This document shows positions 1-13,600 of a DNA stretch of 64,000 nucleotides, piece after piece; the stretch's first letter is position 1, and the number at the start of each line of letters is the position of its first letter. The stretch lies in the NCBI RefSeq assembly GCF_964204865.1, contig NC_135254.1:11346001-11410000 (forward strand), written 5' to 3'. Source of the DNA: Styela clava (Eukaryota). A program made the translations under genes and the position numbers. Under the pieces are notes generated by a model. The model saw nothing but the letters and a program-made list of their open reading frames with translations, was not told where the DNA came from and made no database searches.

Positions 1-11
1 TTTTACATTAG

Positions 12-118
12 GGGTTGAAACTGCAAGGACTACGCTTGTCGTTCCAGATAATGAAACAAGTTCAACGGCCACGACTCTCTGGAATAATTTTGTGTCATTA
101 ATTACAGGGCTTGGATAA
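12..118 (+). CDS. Possible terminal exon of a gene starting upstream of the window
   Basis: Acceptor-like ttacattag|GG followed by an open frame VETARTTLVVPDNETSSTATTLWNNFVSLITGLG* ending in TAA; no homology recognised. Confidence 0.2.
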
Positions 119-2520
119 ACTTTATCTCAGGCGATACAAAAGTTGATAACATTCTATCACATGACAAACAATGACTCGCATCCAGTCACCTCGCCGCAAA
201 GGGTGTGTAAATAGCTTACCAATCACACGTGTAAGATTCAATAACATGGCAGACCATGATTGCTACCAAGTAAGAACTCCAAATAGGACATATTTATTGC
301 CAACCAAATACTCGTTCCAAGCGCATGGACTTGTAAGTTATTATGACGATTACACAACTCGAACAATGACTTATTTACCTGGTTCTCTGAGATGAAAAAA
401 TCACTTAATTTCTTGACGTATCTTGACACAGATAACAAAACATTGAATGTATATACTGGAAGTTCGCTATTATCAAGATTTTAATAATCACAGATACACT
501 ACATGTTTTTCTTTTATATAATTTTAGATAAATGGGATAAAAAAATACGTTTTGACTGAAATGTTTCTGTGAAGCACGGACCCCATCCTAACAATATATA
601 TAAGATGTCGCATTCGAAAATTTAAGATTTAATCGATTAACGTATTAAAATCGATTAACGTATAGACATATATATGACCAAAGGTTCTATCCTCGCGTAC
701 TATCATGTTACCACTAACGTTCCTTTATTTTGTTTGTTTTGGGTTAAATTAAGAATAGGATAAATTAGTCATACCTTTCCCCATTTATTATACGTTGTTC
801 AATTCTTTTGCTATTCAAACTCCTTACCTACTACAAGCAGAATAAAAACTATAGCTCAAAAAATTAGTGGTGTCGTAATTACAGAACACCCACGTTAGAG
901 ATAACCTGCTACTTTGTAAATCTCGTCCACGGAACAATTTATGAATCTGCTGAACTGTGTGAATGCCGTGCTGTGCCCTAGCACTGCCTTCTTGACATCT
1001 GCAAGGATTTCAGCTAATCTGAAATGATCTATACGCCACGCGTTTTGACGTTGTATGCAGACTACTTCCTTACCATGCGGTACTAGGATGTTGTGTACTG
1101 ACCTGCAAGTCCGTTCTCCTTGTTTACTCCCTACTTCCGGATCCGTTTGTGTCAGTTGCCACAAGCATGCTTGAGCGAGATAGTATTATAAAGATAAATA
1201 AGAATAGCAAGATTTCGTGGAAAAAGATTATGCTATTTTCATTTACTTCCTAGCCGACATGGTTCTGTTATTTATATGTGTTAGAAGGGGCCTTTATGAT
1301 TAAATTTTGATATTTTCATAAATATTCAAATCCGATTATCCACTTCGATTGCAAATCCATCCACTTTTGATTGCAAAAATAATAATATTTTACGTGATAT
1401 ATAAATATAAACACAAGACGGATAAAATCAAGGATTTAATAATCTTCAGGGAAACGACTCTAGAACTCGACTTGTTATTGGAGTGTGAAGTGGATATTTT
1501 TGAAACATAATTACGCATTCTACAGTATTGCTATGTTAGAATACGATTTGCCATATTCGTCACTTCAACTGAAGTAGCCCAACAAAATTCATTATTTTCA
1601 GATCGGCACTACAGACCGGTATGTTAGGATTGTTTGGCAGCTTTTGAAGTTTTCAAATAATTCTTCTCCCACTTGTTTTAACTTACATTATTAGCAAGAA
1701 TACATTCGTTTTCCGTGCTTTTTCCAATTTTGAATTTTTTCAAATCATAACCAAGTAGATAATATTAATTCATTCCCAACGACCTCGTCAAAATTCCTGA
1801 AATTTAATAGGGACTTACTTGGCCCCTGCACCTTGACTAAGTATATCTACCCCTACGCTATCATGAAATATTTTAAAGGCGACGATTACTTCAATTGCAA
1901 AGCTCTTCTACGTCTGTACAATAATCCATATCGATAATAGTAAAGCAGCTTACTAAAGGCATATATCACTTTCACAGGAAGATTTACGCTTGAGGGCATT
2001 AAAATAGAAAATTGCAGAGAGAAAAATGACGCAAGATAAGAAAACAATATTTTACTGATTATTAACTTTTACGAGTAATTTGACCCCAGTTATGGCGATT
2101 GATCTTTTGATTAAAATATATATTTCTGCCTATGCCAGCCGTAGGCCCGCAGCATTGATAATCTAAATAAACTGTTTGTTTTTTGTGCTTGTCACCAATA
2201 CATAACATAGCCAAATAGTAACCAACATAAAAATGATGGACAAACCAGTACTTGGCATGTCGCATTATATCATTTTATTGTACACGAATTGAACCTACAG
2301 ATTGGACCAATTGTTTTGAAAATATTTGATGCTACTTCGTTTTGGCCTCCGTGTCCATATATTTGAGCATTGCTACGTTGTTTTTAATGAATAATAATTG
2401 TTGGATCCGTGGATTGAAACTACTTTTCCTAGGGAACATCTCATTAATATCCCGCCACTAACTTTTTATATGTCATTTGAATTCGCAAATTTAGTTTGAC
2501 AAGTAGGCTTACAGTTTGCA

Positions 2521-2878
2521 GTTTGCAGGCTTATTTGCCATTATTCTAAAATTGTGGTTTGTTTATTTGGCAGCGAGTCTGAGGTCATGATATATCATTC
2601 AGCACATATTTGGTCGATCTTTTTCAATATTTTCTTAAATAACATGTCCGACCCACTTATTGTCTCATTTTGTCATTTTGACCTTTTACGTTATGTTTTA
2701 GTTTGCAGGCTTATTCGCCATTATTTTTAAAATTTTGGTTCGTTTATTTGGCAGTAAGTCTGAGTTCATGATACATCATTCAGCACATATTCGGTCGATC
2801 TTTTTCAATATTTTCTTTTCTAACATGTCCACCCACTTATTGTCTCATTTTTTTGTTTTGACTTTTTGTTGTGTTTAG
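2521..2878. repeat. Tandem duplication, two ~180-bp units
   Basis: gtttgcaggcttat...cagcacatatt.ggtcgatcttttt...cccacttattgtctcatttt starts at both 2521 and 2701. Confidence 0.9.
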
Positions 2879-3356
2879 GTTATATTTCTTTAAGCGTCTG
2901 TTGTGATTTAATAATATTGTTCAACTCGTTCGTGTCGTATTGTATTCAGCGTTAAACGTTTGAGTGATACGCCCTTCTCAGGCGATATACGACACCAACA
3001 TAACAAAAAGGGCGTCCACATCTGTATGTAAATTGTCAGACAATAATATCAATATAGTTATCCTGATTGCAAAGATACGTGGAGCAGTCTGTGAAAACAG
3101 GACCAATGGCTAGTTCTCTCTTACTCCAAGCAAGGGCTATAGATAGGTATCTCTCTGATAGCGATTTTCACGATTATACCAAGCTTGTGTCAGTATTTCG
3201 AGGTCAATAAGTTTCATACCAAATAAGGGTGGGTTGGTATTGTTTTATATGTATATTTGTGGTCGGCTTTCATAGAGAAGTTATTGGAATTGTAGAGTTT
3301 GCGACGCGGGAGCAGCTTGTTGTGAAAGACTGAATTTTTAGATTCAATCATTGACT

Positions 3357-6300
3357 ATGAGCCAAGAAAAACCAGATATTTTCAGCGACTTACGACAAGA
3401 TTTCGACAACTTCTGGAACGACAATTTTGGACAAATTTCTTTACCGACAGACAACGAAGTGTTAGAGAAAAATGCCAAAGCACGTGAGTTAGAAAGGTGG
3501 TAGTTTGTGGCTGCATGAAATGCACACAAATTGGATCTTCTGATTTTTCTGCTAATTTGTTGTTGTAGTTATTTCTGTGGTTATTGCCGAGAAAACAACA
3601 ACAACAACTAGAGTAAAACAATAATAGCAAGAATTTGGCAAACAATTAGTATGTACATCAAGACTAAATAATGTATTCAATAATCAAGATTAATTAGATT
3701 AAGATTTGAAGCCTGGCTGGTTTCTGCCAATATATTGAAAACAAAATTAAGTATGTATATTTGGATCAAATGATCTCGACCCATACCAGTCGAATTGGGT
3801 ATTCTTAAACTATTTTAAATTGTAAATCTGGTAAATGGTAAAAGAACCACGCATAATGCATAATAATTTGTGACGTGAGAGAAATCAGCTATTGCCCGTC
3901 ACTTACGGATTATTTTTATTACAGGTGATGGATTGACATCCAGTTCCAGCAAAGATGGAAATGTTGTAGACGTTTCAGATACTCTAAGAAGCATTATCGA
4001 TGAAGTCGTTAACTTCAAAAATGACCCAACAGCTGATATTAAGGATATTTTAGAAAGTTTAAACATCGCCAGCGAGCAATTTCAAAAATACAAAATTGAC
4101 GTTGACGAGGCAAAGATTCCACAAGTCGATAAAGATCTAATGGCAATTGTTTTAAGGAATATGATGCACTGCAAGATTATAGGAAAAAATGAGATATATC
4201 AAGTTCAATGGTTTGGTCACCTATTGCACAATTTAAAGCTTATCGAAATACCCATGTCTAGGTCTTATAATAAGCTACTTCGTACGTTTGATAAATACTG
4301 GGATATTCTGGTTAAACCAACGTACAATGTCGCAAAAAGATATTACAAAAAATTGGCAGGATTTGTGCTTCATCTCGACGGGAAACGGCAGGAAAAACTA
4401 AATCAAATAGACAATGCTTTCAACAATATGGACAAAGCTAAAACTCTCTACGAAAATTCTGTTTCGTGGAAGAATGAAAGTTTGAAAGAATTTCTTATGA
4501 AAGACATGGAGAACACTCTTGATAAGTTCAACATTATCCGCCGAGAAGATCAGTGTAAAGGTATGTACCTCTCATTATATGTAATATGTCTATAGTATTA
4601 TAGTCTATGCCAGTAACATAAAAGGCAATCTTATATATTTCAACTTTGCACTGTTGTTAACAATGGAAAATAATATTATTTTCAGAGAGTGTCATTGGAT
4701 CTCAGGGTGGGCGTGTCGTTGACAACCATTGTCAATTGCTAATTCCTGAAGGTGGCCTTGATCATGAAGTTTCCTTCCAACTAAACGTGAATGCAAAAAA
4801 GACAAATTTGCCAGATGATGTTTTGCCAATCAGCCCCGTTATGGAATGTATTCCAAATATGGAGTTGTACGAGGCTGCAAAAGTAACTCTTCCACGTTTG
4901 TGCGAAACTGATGACCCGAATGTACAAGTTATAATATTGTCTCACGCCAAAGAAGGAGATCAATGGAAGCCTGTCCACCAAGAGTGTTTGAGTAACGCCA
5001 AACAAGATATAAGATTTTCAACTAAATGGGTGAACAAATTTGTCGCAACAGTTAAGAAATGTCTCATCCATCACACCACTTATAAATTACAGTCAGACGT
5101 TTGGTTCAGCCCAGAAGGTAACTTTGTTGGAGTTCTATATGTAAAAGATAAGTCTGTTGAAGAAATCTGGCGCAAAAAACTCGAGACCAAGAGATACGAG
5201 CCGCCTAGACTGGTCACAAATCCGATATCCGTGAAAGGAAGAGATTTGATTCGAATGGAGTTGTTGTCCCGCAGAGCAATGTAGTTAAATTTGATAAATT
5301 TTCTTCAGATATTTTCAGTGTGAAAGAAAACATAGCCAAAAATGAGCATAGCTACTTTACTAACTTCTGCCTCCGTACACTTCCTGTTGGTGACGAACGA
5401 TTTACTCTGAGAAACAAGTTGTCGTTGAGGTGGATTGGAGTGAAACATGGGCAGCCACACCAGGTGAGATTCAAAAATATATATAAATGTGAAAACCGCG
5501 CCCTATGAAAATTCGAAACTAAATGATACGTATAAATATTCTCTCATTTATTATTTAGCATCGAAGTTACGTAATTATTTTTTTTTATTTAGGAAGATCT
5601 ATCGAAGACGTTTTTCGATACGAAATCGTTCCTTCCTTTACTGAAGTCGATACTTGGCGTAGATTTGCAGATTCCAGTAGCGCTCTCAATTTGACAAATC
5701 GTGAGATCAACCATAATATTGACTACGACGCGCCTTGGAAAGAACAAAAGTTGAAAAGTCTTCTGCTATGGCAGGAAAAGAACAGAGGATCGGGAAAAAG
5801 AAAAGGCGATCAATCAGGTGTAGTAAATGTTCCGTTGTTGAGTCTTATTACCATATTCTTGAGTTCCGCGAACTAGATTGTTTCGTAAAGCGTCCTAAAC
5901 GACTTCAGACCTAACTCTAATGCACGCGTTCAATTTATCAATTCGCATTTTGTTCTGATAAACTCATTTTGAGACTCGCAACTTATTCTTGACAACTCTT
6001 GCGTTTAAAATACCAGACTGAGTTGCAGCTAACAGCGCTGTGAAGTCGGGGAAAATTTACAATCGACTCCGGATTCAGATTATGAAAATTCTGACTCCGA
6101 ATTGGCTTCCGCCACTCCAGGTTGATGGAGATTTTCCTAGTCTGATATAAAAAATGATCGCGTTTTTTTTTTATTTTGAAGTTTCTGTAAAGAAATATTT
6201 TGTCTTAGGCTATCGTAATTAAAGTAGGAAAATTTGGTACTCCCACCAAAGAATGTGAACCAAGATGACAGACACCGGAACGTAGTATGTGTACCAGGTC

Positions 6301-6701
6301 AGGGTTAGGCCATAATTTCAGATACAAATACTACGGGAGTCACTTGGCTAGTCCCCGAACTCGTAATAGAACTAAATAAAGGAATAAGAAAAATAAAGTA
6401 ATAAATAAGGAAAATTGGAATATAATTATGGCCTAACCCTAGGCTGGTACACATAATTCGGAAGTACCGAAAATTTGACTGCGCCTCCCAGTCCCAGGTG
6501 ATAAAAAATACTGCTCCGGCCCCAATGAAACATGCTATTTTCGACTATGGTACACCTGTAACTACAGTTCAAATTTTACTTCAAATAACTATACTGTTTC
6601 GCAGCGAAGGCTTTGTCAAATAAAAATATTCTTATTTGTCCTCAGATGAGCAGCTCATCGAATCAATACGAAGGCTGACAATTCTACATCGCGAAGGCTG
6701 A
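3357..6701 (+). CDS. ZU5 (+UPA-like) and death-domain protein, resembling the UNC5/PIDD cytoplasmic module; apparently frameshifted (pseudogene or assembly error)
   Basis: Phase-compatible GT-AG exons 3357-3483, 3925-4560, 4686-5463, 5593-5817, 6646-6701. ZU5 motif ESVIGSQGGRV..CQLLIPEGGL...ISPVMECIPN....KVTLP; death-domain-like DTWRRFA..LNLTNREI..IDYD.PWKEQKLKSLLLWQEKN..EQLIESIRRL. Single-base insertions near 5270 and 5397 are needed to keep the frame. Confidence 0.7.
6236..6468. mobile_element. MITE with GGTTAGGG-type subterminal inverted repeats
   Basis: Internal IR tatgtgtaccag..agggttaggccataatt / aattatggcctaaccct...ctggtacacata; ends ggtact../..agtacc; related copies at 10231 and 20029. 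Confidence 0.75.
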
Positions 6702-7695
6702 ACAGTTTATCAGTTAAAATTCTAATGCATACGTCCGTTTCATATTTGACCCAGTGTGTTCTTTTTGTGTGTATATTCTTCAACTTGTTTACTATCATAC
6801 TTTAATGTGAGCGTGCTGGATTTACTGTATCTATATCACAATATAGTAAATTTCTCGTACTTTGTGATAGTACAGGTTTGGCGGAACTCGGAGTTAGCAG
6901 CACGCAGCCTTATTTAAGCAAATTAAACATGACATGTTCATCTCGCATGAGTATGACAGTGCGACGTTGTTAGAGACACCGTATGAAGAATATAACAATA
7001 TAACGCACACATTTACAGCAAGATATGAATTTTGAACTAGCTTCCAAATAGGTATGATTACAAATTTCTCAATATTACAGGCTATATAACACAAGTACAT
7101 TCCCGAAACCGATAATGGATATTTCCAGTCGGGTATTATAATCGCCACTGAAAAACCTACTGCAGAGACACCTTTGCATAGTACTATTGCCTCAGTCGGT
7201 CTGCAAAATGATATATCTTTCAAATTGAATATTCTTACAAACAGCAAATAAATCCCTACACATCTATTTTCCACCCACCTCGACCACACGATAGCAGCTC
7301 GAATAATATACAATGTTTTATAGGCACAAAGTAAAATGTGCTCCCCATACGTACGCCCTTCTCACACCCAAGGCTGTGGCATAGGAAAAAGACACTTAGC
7401 GTCAGTTGAGACTTCGGGTCGTAAATAATTGCGACTAACTCTAAGAAAATCAAATTTCGACATGAGAAGTCGTCAGGCATTATTTAATGGACTGTCAAGG
7501 GCGGTTGTTAAAATTATTTCTTTTCGAATAGAAAGAACTAACCGACAAGAACCGGGGCCTGTGCTCCAAAAATAACTTCCATCTATGAACTTCTTTAAAC
7601 CAATAGGAAATTAAGAATGACGTACCACTTAAAATTCTTATAAAAATATATTCTATTTCAAAAATGTAAAAAAAAAAGTTCCTAAGATTGCAACA

Positions 7696-10600
7696 TCAAC
7701 GACCATCGGCATCCAAAAATAACGTCCGGACACCAAGAACATCTGCCATATCTACAATTGCCTTATTTATTGCAGGATTTCCAACAAAATCTTCTGTGGG
7801 TAATTCAGGATGGGATGAAGGATAATAGGAATCATCCTGTAGTAAATAAGACAAGATAAAATTGGTATTTAAATAAGTTTCATCAAAAAAACTAATACTT
7901 TGTGTAGTAAATGATATACGTATACACATTAGCAAGTTTCATTATTAGCTAGTTTCGGGTTCTTGAACTGGCAGAAAACACCCAATAATTTTAGTAGTTT
8001 TAACGCCAATTACCAGACTGCCTTTTACCCTTCAAATGGTTATTCTATTAGAGGCAGTTGAATTATTAAATATGGAAAGTTGAAGTAAATCATAAAACCT
8101 ATGGAATTTGCAGGGTTAATAACATTTTGTGATGACAAATTACACAGGCAGTATTTTTATTATAAAGAATTCATGACAACGGAAAACCTACAGAACAATT
8201 TCTACATGATTTGAACTTTATCAAGGGTTTTGCCAGTTTTCCCGATTTTCCCAAAATTTTGTGTGTTTATTGTTTTGTGAATGTTTCAGGGAATTCGAAA
8301 TATTTCGGGGAAATCAAAATAAAGTTATACTCATGCTTATTCATGCCTTTCACACCCTGCCTACAAAGGAAAACCATGTTATTTATTTATTAAATTCATG
8401 AAACTACAATATGAACCAAATGCATCGAATAAAAGAAAAACATAACAGGAGTGGAACATTTTCTCACCTTGAAAGCTCTATGAAGTCGTAAGACACAGAA
8501 ACAAAATACAAATCGCAGTAGAATCAACCTGAGAAAATCATCACCAAATATTTGAAGATAACCATGATCTGGTAAAATAAAAAAAAATATTTTTAAAAAA
8601 CGCTTATTTGCGCCTTCCAGTCTGCGTTAACCCACTGAGCCATCACACCCAAAATGAATCCATATCTTACCCAATATCCTGGACCTTAAATATGCCCTTT
8701 GTGACTCATCAAGAGCTTTATGAACAACTTGTGAACATGTTTCATAAACTCTGTCAGATGTCTGATTGACACCACATACTTGCATGAATGCAAATACCGG
8801 TGAATATAGGAATAATGTGAGGAGACGTCCATTTTCAAAATTATCTGAAAAAATGAAAGTAATATGTCACATTTGTTGAAGATCTGATATAGAAGAAGAT
8901 AAAAATTCGCAATTCATCCAATCAAATATTGAATTATCTAACCAGTTAAAAACGGATATGGACTTGTCAAAATATGTATTTTACCATGTACTAAACTTAT
9001 GTTCATTTTTACATTGAAATCAATAGATAGTTGCTATCTAGCTTCTGTGAGAACTATCGATAGCGACTGGAATGCAAAAATCAACGACACAAGATCATGT
9101 CAATTTAACAATCTGAATATCAAATTCATTTTTTTTTCTCATATAGACTCCATTAAACAAGAAAAATTAAATCTACGTAAAAATGGTTTCAGATGTCAGA
9201 TATGAGTAATTTTCCTAAAATATTGAACCTAAGAGAATCAAGTGCTTATTTAACTTCTGAGTCTGATCGCATTCAATATTTCAATGCCATAGCCACCTTT
9301 CATCGCAGCAGGAAGTTCTTCTGGACTCATCAAACAAATGAAAGGTTGTCCAAAATAATTCGGCATTTCAGCGAATGATCGTGAATTGTCGCTGTCTATT
9401 ATAATTAGCAATGGTTTTCTTGTAAAAGGAATCAAATCACCAGGATGTATACTAAAAATAATGAAGTCTTTAGTTCATTTAGGAACATGATAATATGAAA
9501 ATTGACACAAATTAAATTAAACATGCAGCAAAGTGAAGATAAAAGTGACTTATGATTTTCAAAAAGTAAATAACGACCTTCTTGGTCATATTTTGAGACT
9601 ACTATCGCTGGAAATGACAATAATCATATCATGAAACTGTTCTCAATTATCGATAATTCTTAAATTCAAGACTCATATAACATTGTATATATTACATTAT
9701 AATACTTAATTTGTTTTGTAGATCGCTTCAAGGCATTCATAATTGTTATATTCAAGAAATTTTCTAATAAAACGTGAGGGTCTAGTCTGTCCGCTTGTTC
9801 GTCACAAGTGCATATTATATGAAGGTTCAGGTAAATATGATATAAATTTTTTTCCACATACTACTGTAAATCAAGGACACAAAAATGGCATAAAACTACT
9901 TTAACAGACCAGTGCATATTCTTTATCAATGTTGAAGTCTTTTTCGGTGATGGTTTTGTTAAGACATTGCCTTCATCTTTTCTATCATTCGTTATCACTC
10001 CTCCATACTCGTACCCACCTTAAATGATAAAAATGTCAAGCCTTAAAAAAATTATTATCGAGATACAGTTTACTAAATAAAGGATAACAACTTTAAACTT
10101 GAAAACAATAGTCGCAGAATGTCATCACATGTATTTAACTCCAAACAAGGTTCTGCACAAGCATCCAATGATATGTATGGAGCTACTGTATCCCTCAAGA
10201 ACCGGAACTTTTTCAGTTCATAATTGATTACACCGGAACGTAGTATGTGTACCAGGTTAGGGTTAGGTCATAGCTAGTCTCCGAACTCGTAATAGAACTA
10301 AAATAGGAAAAATTGGAATAAAATTATGGTCTACCTCTACGCCTAACCTGGTACACATACTACGTTCAGGTGTCCGCCATCTTGGTTCGCATACTACAGG
10401 AGTACCAGCTTAAGACAGTTTTTCAAAAAATAAAAGACAAAAATGCAACATCATACCAGGGTCTTGTGGTCGATTCGGTTTAGTGCCATGAGCCGAAATA
10501 TACAAAAGCAGTGCTTGACCAGGTGGTAGCTCCTGAGAAAAGAAATATGTAAAAATGATATTCTGAACAAGTGCAAGAAAATTCAATAAAAATTCGGATA

Positions 10601-13600
10601 TAGAAATAAAATAAAAATTTTAAAAACTTAATCAAAAATTAGATAAAACCTTCTTGGTAGAGCGAAATCCTAATTAAAAATTCCAAGGGCTCAAAGAACC
10701 CTCGTGCAAATGCTTATATGTATATTTGATAACATGATAGTATGTGTTATTTAAATATATGCTAATTAAAATTTTTTGAGTGGAACACCTGAACTATATT
10801 ATATTTGACTACGGTATATTTAAACAATATATGCATAATAATATAGACTTTCAGAATTGAACAGAAACTTGCGCAGCCTATGGAGTGTACTTGTGGAACC
10901 CAAGGGAAATCAAGAACTCTGTTAAAAACCACTGATATCCCTAGTACCCTTACCTTTACAGCAGTAGATACAAACGTAAAAAGTTGATAAAATGTTGGTC
11001 GATACAAAAGATATTTGTGAGGATTGTCTCGTTTTAGTTGAGTTTTGCCATTTTCCTGATAAAAAAGTTCAAATTAATAATTCAATTTTTAATAGAGGTC
11101 ACTGTGCATCTATTTGCCACTTACATTAGTTTGCCACTTACATTAGTTGGGATGGTTTTATCATTTTTTTGAGAATCTTTAGGCGAAACTGGTTTTCTTT
11201 CAAGAACCTGACAAAAAGGATGAGGGGTTAGGCTAGGCAAAAGTGCAATATTGAAGTAAAATATCTTATTTTAGAACACATAACGTCACTTTCTCTTGCT
11301 GAAATAAATTTATTCGTTAAGTACTGTATTTCACAGACAATAAGGTGCTGTTTAAATCCTTTTTTTTCACAATTATCAATCATGTGCTTATAAGCCAGTG
11401 CGCCTAATTTATGCATCAGGTAGCTTTATGCTTTATTACCTACATTCAAAACTGGTATCGGTACTTTTGTTTTATAAACAAATTGCCATTTTACATTTTC
11501 TTCACATAAAATACAAAAACTATAAATTTTTTTCAATAATAAATGATCTTTTTTAATGATGTTTAATGATCTTTTCACGGTAACTCGGTACCCCATAAAA
11601 ATTAAAAACTGTTGCATCTTATAGCCTTTTGTATGGAGAAAACCCCGATGTAATTGACGATGCGCCTTATGGTTGGTGAAATATGTTGATACAGTAAACA
11701 AATTCATTTACAGAACTTGCAAACTCTCAGCAGACATATTTATTAAGTAATTCACGAAGGAAATAATTTTAGAAACAAAAAACAGAGGCTCCTACCTGTA
11801 TCATTCTGAACATATCAATCGTTAACTCAGAGAATTTAAGTTGTGAAGGTGAGTTTCCTACAATGATGGCATCACCAAGAGTAACATGGGCTTGTACACC
11901 TGGCAATTGCAAACAAGTTGTATTACTCAAGGGCATAAAGACAAAATTCTATTTTGTCATCCAGTACATGAGTAACGAACAATAAAGCTTGACAGAAAGA
12001 CTCAACAGTGTATGTAATTATTTTTAAATCAACTAAGTGACACAGCGGAGAGTACTAGGATATTGAACTGCAGGTCCATACACAAGAAACAAATCCCATA
12101 TAGCCCAATAAAATTAAAAGCCTAAAAAAAGTAAAAGCCTTCTAGCGAAAAATACAACGGTTAACCAGTGAAAATTTCGAAGCAATAGGTCCAGTAGCTA
12201 AAGAGAAAAGTGATTTTACCATAACAATAGGAAATTTTTTTAACAAAAAAACACATTCAGTAAATGGACCAGAACTTTGTGGAGTGGAAGAAAAGACTGA
12301 ATTTCGTACCTTTCTCTGGTGGAGGTAATATTCCAGAACAAAGTCTCATGCTTAAATCACATTTTTGATAAGTTTCAGCTTTCAAAACTTCAACTGGTTC
12401 TGCCTGAAATACAAAGTTGACAGTAAAATTTCAACCAGATTTATAGAGTTGCAAGTTGCAACATGGGATTTTATCAGCAGTTCATAAGTCATTGCTATCA
12501 AATAGGGTTTTGCATACTTCCCATTGAAGTATGTCAATAGAGTATTAAAGATTTTATTAACTTATATTAAGATAGGATTTACATATTTAACCCGATGAAG
12601 AGGAAAGCCGATAAGGCAGTTTAATCATGATCATGTGCCTAACCACTGCTTCTCGTCTGGTTACCAGTCCATGTCAGGTATGAGTAGGGTTACCATATTT
12701 TTGTGACTTCAAATCAGGACGCCTCAAAAGATAAATTTCATGCGCATATTCTCTGTCCAAATATCGGGTTCAGTTCGAAAAATAGGAAGGAATTGACGTT
12801 AACGATACCGGTACAAATAATTTGAATTTAGACTAATTAGTATTAGTATGGGAATCAGCGGGAAACGAACGGATTCACCTTCAGTAAGTAGGCTAGCGCT
12901 GCGCTACACAGAAACAACAGTAACGAGAACATGTTTGTGTATTATGCTGGAAAAGCGGGACTTTTGGCTGACTTATCGGGACACCGGGACAAAACGCTGA
13001 AAAGCGGGACGTATGGTAAGCCTAGGTATGAGACTAGTTAGCCAGTTATTTGTTTCAGATGAACAGAGGAAAAAAACGGGGTGGAGGAAAAATAAATAAA
13101 TAAATCACCGAAATATCCTACATCAAGAAAAGCTTTTATTTCTGAAACTACTTGTGTCCATTCCTGTCCATTGTTTTCAAGATGCTGCTTCTGTTCTTCA
13201 ACTTGTTTAGAAAAATCCTGAATCATTTGAAGTAATATTAAGAGGCTTTTTCTTTGCGAAACACTACAACATAATTCTATATTGAACATGATGCTTAAAT
13301 GTGTTGTTTATCTGCAATGCAGTAACTGATACAACTAGATAGCAATCAGAGACGCCGACTTATTGATCTAGCGGTATGTATCCTTCGCTCTGATTCAATA
13401 GCGACATCGCGTGTTCCATCACTAATCAATTAATAATAACTCGCGACGAACGACAACTCTTTAGCATGTTCTTAGCCTTGATTAGCATTAGAACTAACCA
13501 TCACTTAACCAGTGTTCTTCAAACTTTTTTCATCGCGATCTACTTGGCATGGCCAATTTTTTCTTCACGACCCCAAAAATTTTTAATGAAACAAATATTA

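Noticed and set aside
895-1164. 89-aa minus-strand ORF
   Set aside because: Non-ATG start, no recognisable domain or splice context
6295-6312. TTAGGG telomere-like motifs (also ~10255, ~15525, ~20088)
   Set aside because: Only 1-2 units, inside MITEs; not interstitial telomere arrays
6894-7313. 139-aa minus-strand ORF downstream of SCAI
   Set aside because: Hydrophobic low-information translation typical of UTR or intergenic DNA
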